DNA of 64,000 nucleotides from Eutreptiella sp. 'Long Island Sound 2002' (taxonomy: Eukaryota > Protista > Euglenida): positions 47,926,001 to 47,990,000 of the forward strand of contig OZ038378.1 in the NCBI GenBank assembly GCA_964036045.1, written 5' to 3'. The notes beneath the pieces are model-generated. The model saw nothing but the letters and a program-made list of their open reading frames with translations. It did not search any database and had not been told where the DNA came from. Of the stretch, positions 11,144 to 23,511 are shown piece after piece; position 1 is the stretch's first letter; the number at the start of each line of letters is the position of its first letter. Made by a program: the position numbers and the translations under genes.

Positions 11144-13000
11144 TTTCTGTGGTGTGCTGCGGCGTGTAGCGCTTTTGTGTGTCCGCTGTGGTTCCTATTG
11201 TGCGCCCGGGGTGCTGGCGCCCCCTAAGCATTTTTGGTGTGATGTGTGTTCCTTGGGGTGGTTGTGTTTGCTTGGCATCTGGTCCTGTGTCTTGGTTGTG
11301 GCTGGCGGCGTGCCTCTCTGGCGTGCCTCTCGGCCCCACGTTGGTGCACTGTGCCTCTTCCGGTCCGGTGGCTCTCAGTGCGTCGGTCCGCTTTCCTGTC
11401 GCCGTGGTGCCTTCCCCTACCCGGGGCGCGCGCCCTTGTATTCACTGGGCGGTTGAGCGGGGCAAGTGTAGACCGGCCGAGGACCTGGCTCATGGTGCCT
11501 GCCGCTGGCCCCTGCCGAGGCAGGGGCGCTGGGCTCGCTCCACGTCGTACCCGCTCGGGGGCCCACAATGGGGTTGTCGCTGGCGGGTCCCTCCGGCGTT
11601 GGTCTCGCGCTACGTGAGCTGCGGTGGTTTTGCGCGTGTTGACCCGGTCACTTACGCGTCCGGTTTCCTGTACTGTCCGTCTCTCGACGGGAGACTCGGC
11701 CAACACCTCACCTTGCGGGTCGCAAGACGCCACGCCCGGGTCCGCGTGTGTGTGTGTTTGTGGTTGTGTTTTCGCCCGTCCGGGCGTTGCTGCGGGGCGC
11801 GCACTCATCCATCTGGACGGCGGCTGTTTCGTAGCCGGCAGGGGCTGGGTTCGCTGCCGGGCGCGGACTCGTCCATCCGGACGGCCCCTGTTCCGTAGCC
11901 GGCAGGAGCTGGGTTCGCTGCCGGGCGCGCAGACGTCCAATGGGACAGCGGCTGGTGGGCTCTGAGTTTTGGCCGGGCTGGGCAGGCCGGTCAACCGGAC
12001 GCGCGTTGGTGCGCCTTACCGTTCCTGTTGTCATTTTCCGTTCCGGTCCCTTCGAGCTGCGTGTGCCCGTGGTGTGTTGTTGTCCTTTTTTGTTTTTTTT
12101 TCGGCAGCTCCCTTGTGTTTTGTGCTTCCGTTTTTTCCGGCCCTGGTTGCCCTTTGCCTCGGCTCTTTGTGGTCCCCCCCCCCCCGTCCTCTTTTTTTTC
12201 TTTTTTTTTGCGCCCCTCTCGTCTCGGCTTTTCCGTTGTTTCCGGCCCTGACTGCTTTCAACCTCGGCGCTTTGTGGCTGCCCGCCCCCCCATTTTTTGT
12301 CCCTTTGTTGTTTTTTTCTTTCGCCCCCGCTTTTTGCTGGGTCCCACCCCTCGCTGCCCTTGGCCTTGGCACTATTTGGCTTGGTTTCTGTTTCCTTCCT
12401 CGTCTCCGGCCTTTTGTGTGGTGTGTGCGTTCTGCGCTGGTGCGGTGCCCCCCCCCCCCCCCGGCAGCTGCTCCCCGTGTTTTGCGGCGCCCCGCGTCTT
12501 GTTCTGTGGTGCTGCGGACTGGTGTGGGCTGTGTTGTGTGGTTTTTGGTGTTTTTGTGTGCCGTGCTGTGCTGGTATGCGGGGGCCTTGCCGTGCTGGTT
12601 TGCGGGTGCCTTGCTGTTTGGTGTGCTGTCGTGTTGTGTTGTTGGTTTTGTCGCTGGGCGTCTCCCGTGGGCGCTGGCTGCGCCATTTCTGTTGGTGTCG
12701 TGCAGTGCCCTGCTGTGCCGTGCTGTTTTGTGCGGTGTTTTGTCGTGTGTCGTGCCGTCATGCCATGTGATGTTTTCTTTGGTGCTGCCTGGTCGTCTGG
12801 TCCGCCGTGTTGTGCTGCATTGTCTTGGTTGTGTCTGGTTGCCCTGCTCTGCCCTCCCCCCCCCCCTGCTGCTGCCCTTGTTGTTGGGCCTGTTGCTGTT
12901 AACTGGTCCCCTGACGTCGCCGGTTGTTGTGCTCTGTCTCCGGGTGCGGTGCTGTGTTGTGCTGCTGTGTTGCCTGTCGTGCGTGCTGCTATTGGCTGGC
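10775..13000 (+). mobile_element. Composite GT-rich non-coding element, copy 1 (satellite - conserved core - pyrimidine repeats - GT low complexity), truncated at the palindrome edge
   Basis: Same module order as 28094-33190. The core at 11268-11710 aligns with 30528-30970. Confidence 0.6.
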
Positions 13001-13671
13001 TTCACCCTTTGAAGGTTTGCGCTCTCAACGTACGTGGCAAAAGGAGGCCACAAGGGGCAACATTGATGTTTTGCAAATCATTTTGGTGCCAATCGACTCG
13101 GAAAGGTATTGGACTCAATGCTTTGGCTATGCCGTTAACCTACAATGGGCATGCTAAGGTGGCATGTTATGCGGGCTAAGATCCAAGCTAGCATGTTAAG
13201 CGGGCAAACTGACTAAACTCGGTGACATGTATCAAAATCTGAAGACTTCAGAACTCCGGCCTACCACCTCAAAATTGAATAATCCGAAAGTCAAATCAAT
13301 GATTTTTTGGACGTTGTGCACAATGTTGGCATCTAAAGTTGGGCACTTTGCAGCAAACTGCCAAAAGTTGAGGATACAAACGACCGATCCGTAAATCGCG
13401 CCCTTTTGCACATAGTGATTTCACAGGTGTATTCATTCTTTATGAATTTCCCCACAACAATGCATGCAGATCGATTTCTGCTGGCCGAAATCGAAGTCGC
13501 AAAATCCGCCAGATGCTGGGCGCCGCGAGCATGCGCAACGCCCGGCATCTTGCGCAATTTGTGATTTCGATTTCTGCCACCTGAAATCGATCTGAATGCA
13601 TTGGTGTGTGGAAATTTACAAAGATTGACACACCTGTGAAATCATTGTGCGCGAAACAGCGCGAGTTAGGG
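13001..13671 (+). repeat. Module A, outer copy (left-truncated; intact mirror at 33191-34034)
   Basis: Direct repeat of 18945-19610, containing an internal ~245-bp imperfect palindrome. Confidence 0.85.
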
Positions 13672-16600
13672 ATAGAGAATGAAATAAAAAGATAAGAAAA
13701 ACGCGACGAAAAAATTTTCTAAATAGCTGAAAATAAAGCTAATTACCATAAAAAACGGCTAGGACAAAAAGCGCGCAGCGAAACGCGTTAAAACACGATG
13801 ACGAAAATTGTGAGCTTAAATAGACAAATAAATAGCGCCGTAAGCGCCGTAACGTTAATAGGAACATAACGCCGTGCCCCTTGTCCCATAATACGGCGTC
13901 TAGGCAAAGAAAACTGCGTCGCGAGCAACGCGTAAAACTCGAAATTTTTTTTCGTAACGCGCCGCACCCCTGCACTCGCTTCCGCACGCCCTCTTTTTTT
14001 CACCATGTACCTCTCCCTCCCGCTGGTGCTCCACCCTCAGCGCCTTTACTTCCTCTTCGCTGCAGCCGGACATTACATGCCGTCAAGACCACGACCACCA
14101 AATTCAACTACAACTTCAAGTATGGGAAAAAGACTTTGGAGTACTTTCAACAACGACAACACGGAGGCCGACGGGTAACACGTAAGTCATTGAGTTGAAT
14201 GTGGTGTTGGTGCTCGCGCGTGGGTTGCGTAGAGTATAATTTTAACTTTTTTTCAAACGGAAAATCATTTTTACGGGTTTTACAGGAAGTTTTTTAGGGG
14301 AAACAGACAACCAGCGCCACAAGCAAGGCAAAAAAAAAGGAAAAAAAGACGACAGGGCACCACAGCACAGCACCACACGGCAGCACAGCGCCACAGGACA
14401 CAACACAGGGGAACAGGACACCGCAGGGGAGACGCCGAGCCACGGGAGACGCGGCCGGACACGGACACCAAGGCCAACACACACCACCAAACGACAACAC
14501 GAGGCAACCAGAGCCACCAGCGGACCCCCAAAAACACACACCGATACCAGGAACCAACAGCACCAAGCACCAGAAACAGCGCAGACCATGCGGACAGCAC
14601 AACACAAGGGCATCAACACAGCGCAGCGCAGCACCGCACAGGGCGCAGAGGACAGGGAACGCACAGCACGGGACCCCAGAACACACACAACAGACACCCA
14701 GCGGCAGAAAACAAACAACAGGCACAGGCCAAGACGCAAAAAAACAGCAGAGCACGACAGCACACCACCACACGACAGCACAGCGCCACAGAACACAACA
14801 CAGGGCAGCGGAACACCAAGGCACACCACACCAAACCACAGGGCGGCGAGCCACGCGGCCGGACAGGGACAGCACCACCAAAACACGACACCAGGACCCA
14901 CTAAAAGGCAACAGAGGACAGCCAGGCCCAACAGGAAACACCAAAACACGACGGGCAACACCACACAACACCAGCCAGCGCCAGAGGGGCGAGAGAGCAC
15001 CGCACAAAGAGCAACGACAGGGACAGCACCACCGAAGCAGACACCAGCACACCCCACAGCCCAGGACACACACGCGAGCCCCGCACCGCACCACCGGCAA
15101 GGCACAGACGAGGAAAAAAAAAAAGCAAAAAACAAACAGGAAGGAAAAAACAACAGGGGGGGGGGGCGGGGGCGACAACAAGGCGCCAAGGCCCAAGGCA
15201 CCCCGAGCCGGAACACACGGAACGCCAGGGACAACGGGGGCGCAAAAAAAAAAAGCCAGGGGAGGGAAAAAAAAAACAAAAAGGACGGAGGAAAGGCAGA
15301 AAAAAAAAGAAAAGGGGGAAGAGGGGGAGACAAGAAGACGCCAAGGCCCAAGGCACCCCGGGCCGGAAATCACGGAGCGCAAGAGACAACGGGGGCGCAC
15401 AAAGAGAAAAAAGCAAAAAAAAAGGCAGGGGAGGAGGAACAAAAGGAGCGAGGAAAAGCAGGAAAAAAAAGGGGGGGGAGGGAGGGGGAGACAAGAAAAC
15501 GCCAAGGCCCAAGGCACCCCGGGCCGGAAAACACGGAACGCCAGAGACAAGGGGGGCACACAAGGGGAAAAAAAAAGGGGGACGGAAAAAAAAGGGGGGG
15601 GGTGGGGGGCAAGACACCAAGAGCGGGCAGCCCGGGCCCGAAAACAAGGAGCGCCGGAGACAACCAGGGCGCATACAAAGAAAAAAAGGGCGACCCCAGC
15701 CCGGAGGGGGCCCAGCAAACAAAGAGCGCAGCAAGACCGGCCACAGGAAAAGGTGAGACGCACCACAACGCGCCCGGGAGGCCGGCCCGCCCGACCCGGC
15801 CAAGAGGGACACCCACACGCACACACGCACGGGACCCGGGCGTGGCGTCCTCCGACCCGAAAGGGGCGCTGTTGGCGTCAACACGAAACAGCCCCGGTGC
15901 ACCGGCCGAGTCCCTCGTCGAAAGAGGGACGGTACGGGAAACCGGACGCGTCAGTGACCAGGTCCACACACGCCAACCACCGCAGCGCACGCAGCCCAAG
16001 ACCGACGCTGGAGGGACCCGCCAGGGACAACCCCATCGCGGGGCCCCGAACGGGTACGACGCGGAGCGAGCCCAGCGCCGCTCCCAGGGGCCAGCGGCAG
16101 GCACAAAGAGCCCGGTTCTCGGCCGGCCTCCGCGTGCCCCGCGCAGCCATCCAGTAAAGCCGGGGGCGCAAGCCCACGGGCTGGGGAACGGCACCACGGC
16201 GTCGGGAAAGTCGACCGGAGCACCGAGAGCGACCGGACCGGACGAGGAGCGGCGCACCAAAGCGGGAACACCAGGCACGCCAGAGAGGCTCGCTGCCGGC
16301 CACAACTAAGGCACACGGACAGGTGCCAAGCAACAACGGCCACCGGGTGCCGCAAACCCGGGCAGCGCGCACAACACGCAACGAACCACGGCACAGGGAA
16401 AGGTGCCACGCAACACCAAACCCACACACCACGATGCCCAGCCAGGAGTGGCGGGGCACAAGCGGAGCGCGCACACAAGCACACACACACCCCGCCACCC
16501 CAGCCAGGGTTGGCGGGGCGCAGCCGAAACCCGAGCCCAAGCACAGACACCCACACCACACACCCCAGCCAGGACCGGTGAGGTACAAGCGGAGAGCGCA

Positions 16601-18770
16601 CACAAACATGCAAGCACCCTGACGCCCCAGCCAGGAGTGGCGGGGCGCAGCCGAAACCCGAGCCCAAGCACGCACACCCACACCGCACACCCCAGCCAGG
16701 AGTGGCAGGGTACAAGCGGAGCAAGCACACAAACACACACACACACACGCCAACACCCCAGCCAGGAGAGGCGGGGCGCAGCGGAAACCAGAGCCCAAGC
16801 ACACCCACCCACACCGCGCACTGCAGCCAGGAGTGGCGGGGTACAAGCGGAGCAAGCACACAAACACACACACACACCCCAACACCCAAGCCAGGAGTGG
16901 CGGGGCGCAGCCGAAACCTGAGCCCAGGCACGCACACCCACACCGCACACCCCACCCAGGAGTGGCGGGGCACAAGCGGAGCGCCCACACAAGCACACAC
17001 ACACCCCAACACCCCAGCCAGGAGTGGCGGGGCGCAGCCGAAACCCGAGCCCAAGCACACGCACCAACGCCGCACACCCCAGCCAGGAGGGGCGGTGTAC
17101 AAGCGGAGCGCGCACACAAACACACACCGGCCCCAACACCTCAGCCAGGAGTGGCGGGGCGCAGCTGAAACACGAGCCCAAGCAAATAGACCCACACCGC
17201 ACACCCCAGCCAGGAGTGGCGGGGTACAAGCGGAGCGCGCACACAAACACGCACACCCCAACACCCTAGCCAGGAAAGGCGGGGAGCAGCCACAACCCGA
17301 GCCCAAAAACACACGCCCACACCGCACACCCCAGCCAGGAGTGGCAGGGCAGAAGCGGAGCGCGCACCAAGCACACACACACCCCAACACCCGAGCCAGG
17401 AGTGGCGGGGCGCAGCCGAAACCCGAGCCCAAGCACAATCATCCAAGCCGCACACCCCAGCCAGGAGTGGCGGGGTGCAAGCGGAGCGCGCACACAAGCA
17501 CACACAGCCCAACACCCCAGCCAGGAGTGGCGGGGTGCAAGCAGAGCGCGCACACAAGCACACACAGGCCAACACCCCAGCCAGGAGTGGCGGGGCGCAG
17601 CTGAAACCCGAGCGCCACCACACGCACCCACACCGCACAACTGAGACACGAGTGCCATGGTACAAGCGGAGTGCGCACACAAACACACACACACCCCAAC
17701 ACCCCAGCCAGGAGTGGCGGGGCGCAGCCGAAACCTGAGCCCAAGCACACACACCCACATTGCACACCCCAGCAAGGAGTGGCGGGGTACAAGCGGAGCG
17801 CGCACACAAGCACACACACACCCCAACACCCCGGCCAGGAGTGGCGGGGCGCAGCCGAAACCCGAGCCCAAGCACGCACACCCACACCGCACACCCCAGC
17901 CAGGAGTGGCGGGGTACAAGCGGAGCGCACACACAAGCACACACGGGCCCCAACAGCCCAGCCAGGAGTTGCGGGGCGCAGCCGAGACCCGAGCCCAAGC
18001 ACACACACCCACATCGTACACCCCAGCCAGGAGTGGCGGGGTACAAGCGGAGCGCGCACACAAACACACACAGGCCCCAACACCCCAGCCAGGAGTGGCG
18101 GGGCGCAGCCGAAACCCGAGCCCAAGCACACACACCCACACCGTACACCCCAGCCAGGAGTGGCGGGGTACAAGCGGAGCGCGAACGCAACCACGCACAC
18201 ACCCCATCACCCCAGCCAGGAGTGGCGGGGCGCAGCCGAAACCCGAGCCCAACTACAACCCTGACCCAAACACAAGCGCCACATAACAGTAGGAAACCCG
18301 GTGTCCATAGCCCGGGCACTGAGGCAGCCCGTGCCATGCAGGTGACCCGGCCAAACGAGATCCGGAGACCGGGAATAAGGCTGCATCCTAAGGCCTGCGC
18401 TGCTTTGGGACTCGAGGCGGAGCGTGCAACACCCAAGCGCCTCGGAACCCCAGTATCAAGAACATGCATGCATGCCTTGGGAACGGGATACGCCAGGAAG
18501 TCCGGTGAACCTCTAGGGTTCCGCCCAAAGGAGGGGACGTGCGCAAGCACGGGGGCACACCCTCCCCGCAAGACACGCAGGTCACGCTGGCGGCGATCAG
18601 CCCTCCTGGTGTTGCCCGGGGCCGCTTTGTTGGGGGCCACCAGTCAGGTCTAGCGGGACGTAAGCCGCCTCCCCTCTTCATGCGCGGAGCCTCTTCCTGT
18701 TCGTCACAGGGGCGACGCCAGGGGGAACCATGGGGCGCCTCTCCACGACCGAGTGCACCTACCTACCTCT
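13672..18770 (-). mobile_element. Composite GT/CA-rich non-coding element, copy 2 (5.1 kb)
   Basis: Unique head, dimeric satellite, conserved core, four GCGTTCCGTG..TTCCGGCCCGGGGTGCCTTGGGCCTTGGCG-type units, GT low complexity and a ~600-bp tail. It is bounded by module A on both sides. Confidence 0.65.
16436..18250 (-). repeat. Higher-order satellite: 29 monomers of ~63 bp alternating A/B around a conserved CCCCGCCACTCCTGGCTGGGG core
   Basis: The core recurs about every 63 bp. Downstream segments alternate between TACAAGCGGAGCG (A) and CGCAGCCGAAACCCGAG (B), with one A-A doublet at 17460/17519. Confidence 0.92.
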
Positions 18771-19820
18771 AATGTAACAGCGGATGCTTATTGTACTATC
18801 TATTGTTGCTCAATCTTTTTGGCAAGGGGGCCCTTTGCCCCCGCGCCCCCAACCCTTGGCGCGTGGTGTCCACAACATCTGAAGGCTACGATGTTGTCCG
18901 AAATAAGACACCTCGACAACGGTTCGAAGTGAAGAAAGTTCATGCTTTGAAGGTTTGTGCTCTCAACGTACGTGGCAAAAGGAGGCCACAAGGGGCAACA
19001 TTGATGTTTTGCAAGTCATTTTGGTGCCAATCGACTCGGAACGGTATTGGACTCAATCCTTTGGCTATGCCGTTAACCTACAATGGGCATGCTAAGGTGG
19101 CATGTTATGCGGGCTAAGATCTAAGCTAGCATGTTAAGCGGGCAAACTGACTAAACACGGTGACATGTATCGAAATCCGAAGAATTCAGAACTCCGGCCT
19201 ACCACCTCAAAATTGAATAATCCGAAAGTCAAATCAATGTATTTTTGGACGTTGTGCACAATGTTGGCATCCAAGGTTGGGCACTTTGCAGCAAGCTGCC
19301 AAACGTTGAGGATACAAACGACCGATCCGTAAATCGCGTCCTTTTGCACATAGTGATTTCACAGGTGTATTCATTATTTTGAATTTCCACACAACAATGC
19401 ATGCAGATTGATTTCTGGTGGCCGAAATCGAAGTCGCAAAATACGCCAGATGCCGGGCGCCGCAAGCATGCGCAATGCCCGGCATCTTGCGCAATTTGTG
19501 ATTTCGATTTCTGCCACCTGAAATCGATCTGAATGCATTGGTGTGTGGAAATTTACAAAGATTGACACACCTGTGAAATCATTGTGCGCGAAACAGCACG
19601 AGTTAGGGATTGGCGTGGCGTATCCTCCATTTCGGCAGCTTGCTGTAAGTGCCCAAGTTTGGATGCCGTAATTGTGCGCAAGGTGGTACGCTACATTGAT
19701 TGAACTATCTTGGCATTCCAATTGTTGCTTGATGGCATGGCTAAAGCATTGATCCCAATATCTTTCGGAGTGGATGTGCAGTAAAATGACTCGCAAAACA
19801 TCAATGTTGCCCCCTATGGC
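18771..19820 (+). mobile_element. Module A, full copy: MITE/foldback-like non-coding element
   Basis: ~100-bp imperfect inverted repeats (18992-19085 vs 19725-19818, AGGGGCAACATTGATGTTTTGC) enclose a second ~245-bp palindrome (19345-19590). Confidence 0.7.
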
Positions 19821-20906
19821 ATCCTGTTTCCACTTAGGTGGACAGCCCAACGGTTGGAAAATTAAACTGTCTCCACTTCACACCTTCACCAAGGTGTCAT
19901 ATTCTGCACAACATCTTGGCCTACAGATGTTGTAGACAAGAAGTGCCAAAGCTCGGGAGCAAAGAGGCTGAAGGCCTCCTTGCAAGAAAGGAAGGGCAAC
20001 AATAGATGCTAAAATCTGTTTTTCTAAGTACATTACAACCCATATGTAACCATTAGCTTGTGTATCTTCATTTAAAAGGTTTTCTTGAGTAACCGATGGC
20101 GGGGTAAGTGTGCCTATCTTTTGGGCAACTATTGTGTCCCCATGTGTGCCTATACTTACCTATAATTTCAGCAAAGGTACCAATCCTTTGGGCAGAATAA
20201 AACTGGTTTACCCGGATACATTGGAACATATGTGCAACTATCGGTTTGCATATTTCTTTTTCAAATTCTTCTTTGACAACCCGTTTGTTGTCCTCTGCTC
20301 CACAAGCCGAAGGCCGTTTAATTTGCTCCCATGAACGGATTGAGACTTTTATATATATATATATATATACTTATATATATACACACAAAATAAACATTGC
20401 AGCACGCGCATGCACGCGGCAGGCATCTGCCGTATTTTACAGTTTTGATTTCTGCCACCAAAAACAGATTTCAATGCATTGCTGTCTAAGGCCTTCTAAA
20501 GATCAATAGCGCGCCCCTCACCCCAATACAACCAGAAATGGTTTCCGGTTTGCCGACACTTGTGCTTGTTTCTTGTATTTGTCAAAGAAAACCTTGCTGA
20601 TTTTCCGCAATGCAAAATGAAGTCCACACAGAGCTAAAGTAGAGCAAGTCCAGGCACCGGAGCAAAATGAACTCAGGATAAATCCTTCGGGGTCATAACA
20701 TGTCTAACAAAGAAGGGCTGCACAAAGACAATGCAGCCTTAAACACAATGCTTCAGTGAAATATGAACAAAACAAATGATCTTATAAAGTAAAATGGCAG
20801 TATTTTGGCCACCAAGATAGTCCCAAGCACTTCTAGGCACTCCCCCTTACATCCATTCCTCGCATGCGGGGAATCATGAATTGGCTAAGTATGTGAACAA
20901 ATTTGG

Positions 20907-22006
20907 ATGTCCTCGAAGGCAGTTACTGAAAGCGACGCCAGCGGCAACTAGGGTCATTTCTCATCATCCGCATTTCACTGTCTGGAGCCATCGGCCGCAG
21001 AATCTGATAACTCAAAAATCGCCGCCCACCTGCAAAGCTCCCACCCCTCAGGCCCGGTTCAACGGCCGGAGAATTACATTGACGCTGCTTCTGCTACGTT
21101 AAAGATCGCCGTCGCCCAGCATCTCGAGTTACAATGTCTTCTGTCACAAATAGATCAGTTCCCCAGAACCCTACGTTTTCTTGTCACGGCTCCCGCAACA
21201 GGACTCTACCATGCCTGCACTCCCTCCCCTACTCGGGAAGAGCCGCTGCCGTCTACAACCTGCCTAACACAGATTCACGCTCCAAAGCAGAAGTCTCCAA
21301 AGCCGTGTAGGGATCACTACGCTGAAGGAAACAATGACAATTGGGCCCCACGACCCTCAGTGAAGCAAGTCCGTGTGCCAGACGCTGCCCCGGCATTTCT
21401 CACTACCAACCTTCCCTTTTTGATCGTCTGTCTCTGTATACTCATCTCGCGTCTTCACCGTGCAATGTACCATTCGTTCCATCCTACAACGCCGCTACGG
21501 CGTATGGGCCAGAAGGGCTGCTCCCATCGCAAATGCCGCGTACGACGGAAGGGACTGACGCGGCGAAGTCTACTCTCTACCGGTTTTCTACAAGCCTACT
21601 GCCAAAGACAAACTCGGCTGATCCCTCAGCAGATTTGATCCCGCACTACGCGCTAGGCAACCTGCACGCTGTAGGATAGGGGTAGGAAGAACACCGACGA
21701 GCTGTGGATAGCTGCTGAAGCTTTAAGTTTTTCCTGGGCGCTTGGCACCGCACAGTCGTGCGGCAGTTTTCTGTGTTCGGCAACAAGAGGACGAAAGTAT
21801 GTCGGGTTTGCGAGTTCTTCCGGGCGAACCAGCTGACTTATTTCTGCAAACACGTCTCAATGACGAACACTCTGACCGATCGGCAGTGCGGCTGTGGGTT
21901 TATCAACTTTGAACGAAGACTCGAATGCCTGCAGTGCACTAAACTGAAGCTTCGAGCTGAAGCCCTTGCGCACGATAACGAAGGAGCGAGGTGTCTAATC
22001 AAGTGA
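20907..22006 (+). pseudogene. Decayed ORF ending in a RanBP2-type zinc finger
   Basis: A stop-free frame from ~20955 to 21638, then a frameshifted segment with stops, ending DRQCGCGFINFERRLECLQC (W-x-C-x-C-x3-NF-xx-R-xx-C-xx-C with W replaced by R). Confidence 0.55.
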
Positions 22007-23346
22007 CACAGTTTCTGCTTTTATTTACCATATTGCGCTACTGAGTGTGCCTATATTTCTGTCATCAATACAAAGAAGACTTTGCGTGAATGTGCAAAAC
22101 AGATCACACACCAGTGACCCCAGGGTCGCGGACCAATGTCCGTTTCGGCATTTCTTCGTCGTGTTCCTCTTCTCGCTTGCGTCCTCTTCCTCTCTTCTGA
22201 GCTGTGCTCACAATACTCAACATGGCCTGTACCCAACGCCATGATTGTCACTGTCGTGACAGCGACTTGAGGTACACCCCGCTATATGGCTGCCTCTCGC
22301 TTCTTGGCGACGCCTTGGCGCCGCTCTTGAACTGCAGTGATGAAGGCAACAGTCACAGTACCTCAATCCGCACATGTAGCTCGCTGCACTGCTTGAAGCC
22401 TGTTGTTCTTTTCCCCTAGGGGTGAAACAGCAAAGTGTTTGAAACAGCGCCGTAGGCAGCAAATTGTCCAGCCAGCCCCGACACTGATCTGACACCAACA
22501 CGGTTATGCCAAACACACCCACACACAACACACACAGCTGCTTTTTGGGCACACAATCTACTGAGCACACCGCTAACAGATCATGACACATACTCTCCAA
22601 ACCACATTCCCAGCACGGCAACCTTCTCTGGCTCGTGGCACGTCCCAGAGACCCACGTTACTGTCAGTCAAAAGTTTACTTCAAAGTCGTCAACATAACT
22701 GTCACATCTCAATATTCTGTCACGTCCACAGTATGCCATTCATCTTTCCAGAGCCCTCTACGGAAGCCTCGAACATTGAGCTCTTGCTTCACCTAACTGC
22801 TTCTCTGCTTCCTGGGCTTTCATTTAGAAACCTCCAGAAGCTTTCAATCTCTTTTTCATGAGGTACTCTAGACTCAGGGTTTTCATTACTGCATTAAGCA
22901 AGATCCAGTAAGTCCTAGTCCTCACATCTTTCAAGTCCCAACCACACCCTGAAACAATGAACACACCCACAGTTTACTGCAAAGATAGCCACCCTCTAAA
23001 GGGCTAGGGTTTTTCCCGAAACAGTGACACACACTGTGTGCCTCCCAGGGTACAGCCCCCCAGGATCCCCAGGTATAACTCAGGCCCCTCCCACACATGC
23101 GAGGGTCCTCCCTATCTTACCCAGCTGTATCACTCACGGGCCCGCCAGCAAAACAAGACCATGGGGTTCGCCCGACCAACTACCACCCATTGTAGCAACC
23201 ACCATTTCCTCCTACCCCTCGCAACATCCCCTCTTCACCTCTCAAACCACACACAGCCCATGCAGCGCAGGCAGCACATATAGTATTCTATAAGGCCCAA
23301 GGGCCATGTGTGGAGTACTCTGTGTGTTTTCTTACCCCGAACTGCC

Positions 23347-23511
23347 TAAAAAGATAACAAAAGCACGCCCAAAAAACTTACTAAATAGCTGAAACTAAAG
23401 CTAATTAGCATAAACATCGCCGGAGAAGAAATTTGCGGCGATGTTTATGCTAATTAGCTTTAGTTTCAGCTATTTAGTAAGTTTTTTGGGCGTGCTTTTG
23501 TTATCTTTTTA
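23347..23511. other. Palindrome centre formed within a terminus of the composite-element family
   Basis: TAAAAAGATAACAAAAGCACGCCCAAAAAACTTACTAAATAGCTGAAACTAAAGCTAATTAGCATAAA (23347) aligns with TAAAAAGATAAGAAAAACGCGACGAAAAAATTTTCTAAATAGCTGAAAATAAAGCTAATTACCATAAA (13685). Confidence 0.85.

Noticed and set aside
16436-18250. CRISPR array (palindromic repeat plus ~40-nt spacers)
   Set aside because: Spacers are not unique but alternate between two families, repeats are degenerate, no cas genes are visible, and the context is eukaryotic.
10700-18700. Many long Cys/Val/Gly-rich or His/Thr/Pro-rich ORFs (up to 688 aa here and in the mirror arm)
   Set aside because: They are open in nearly all frames because GT/CA-rich repeats lack stop codons; there is no domain signal and frames are not conserved between copies.
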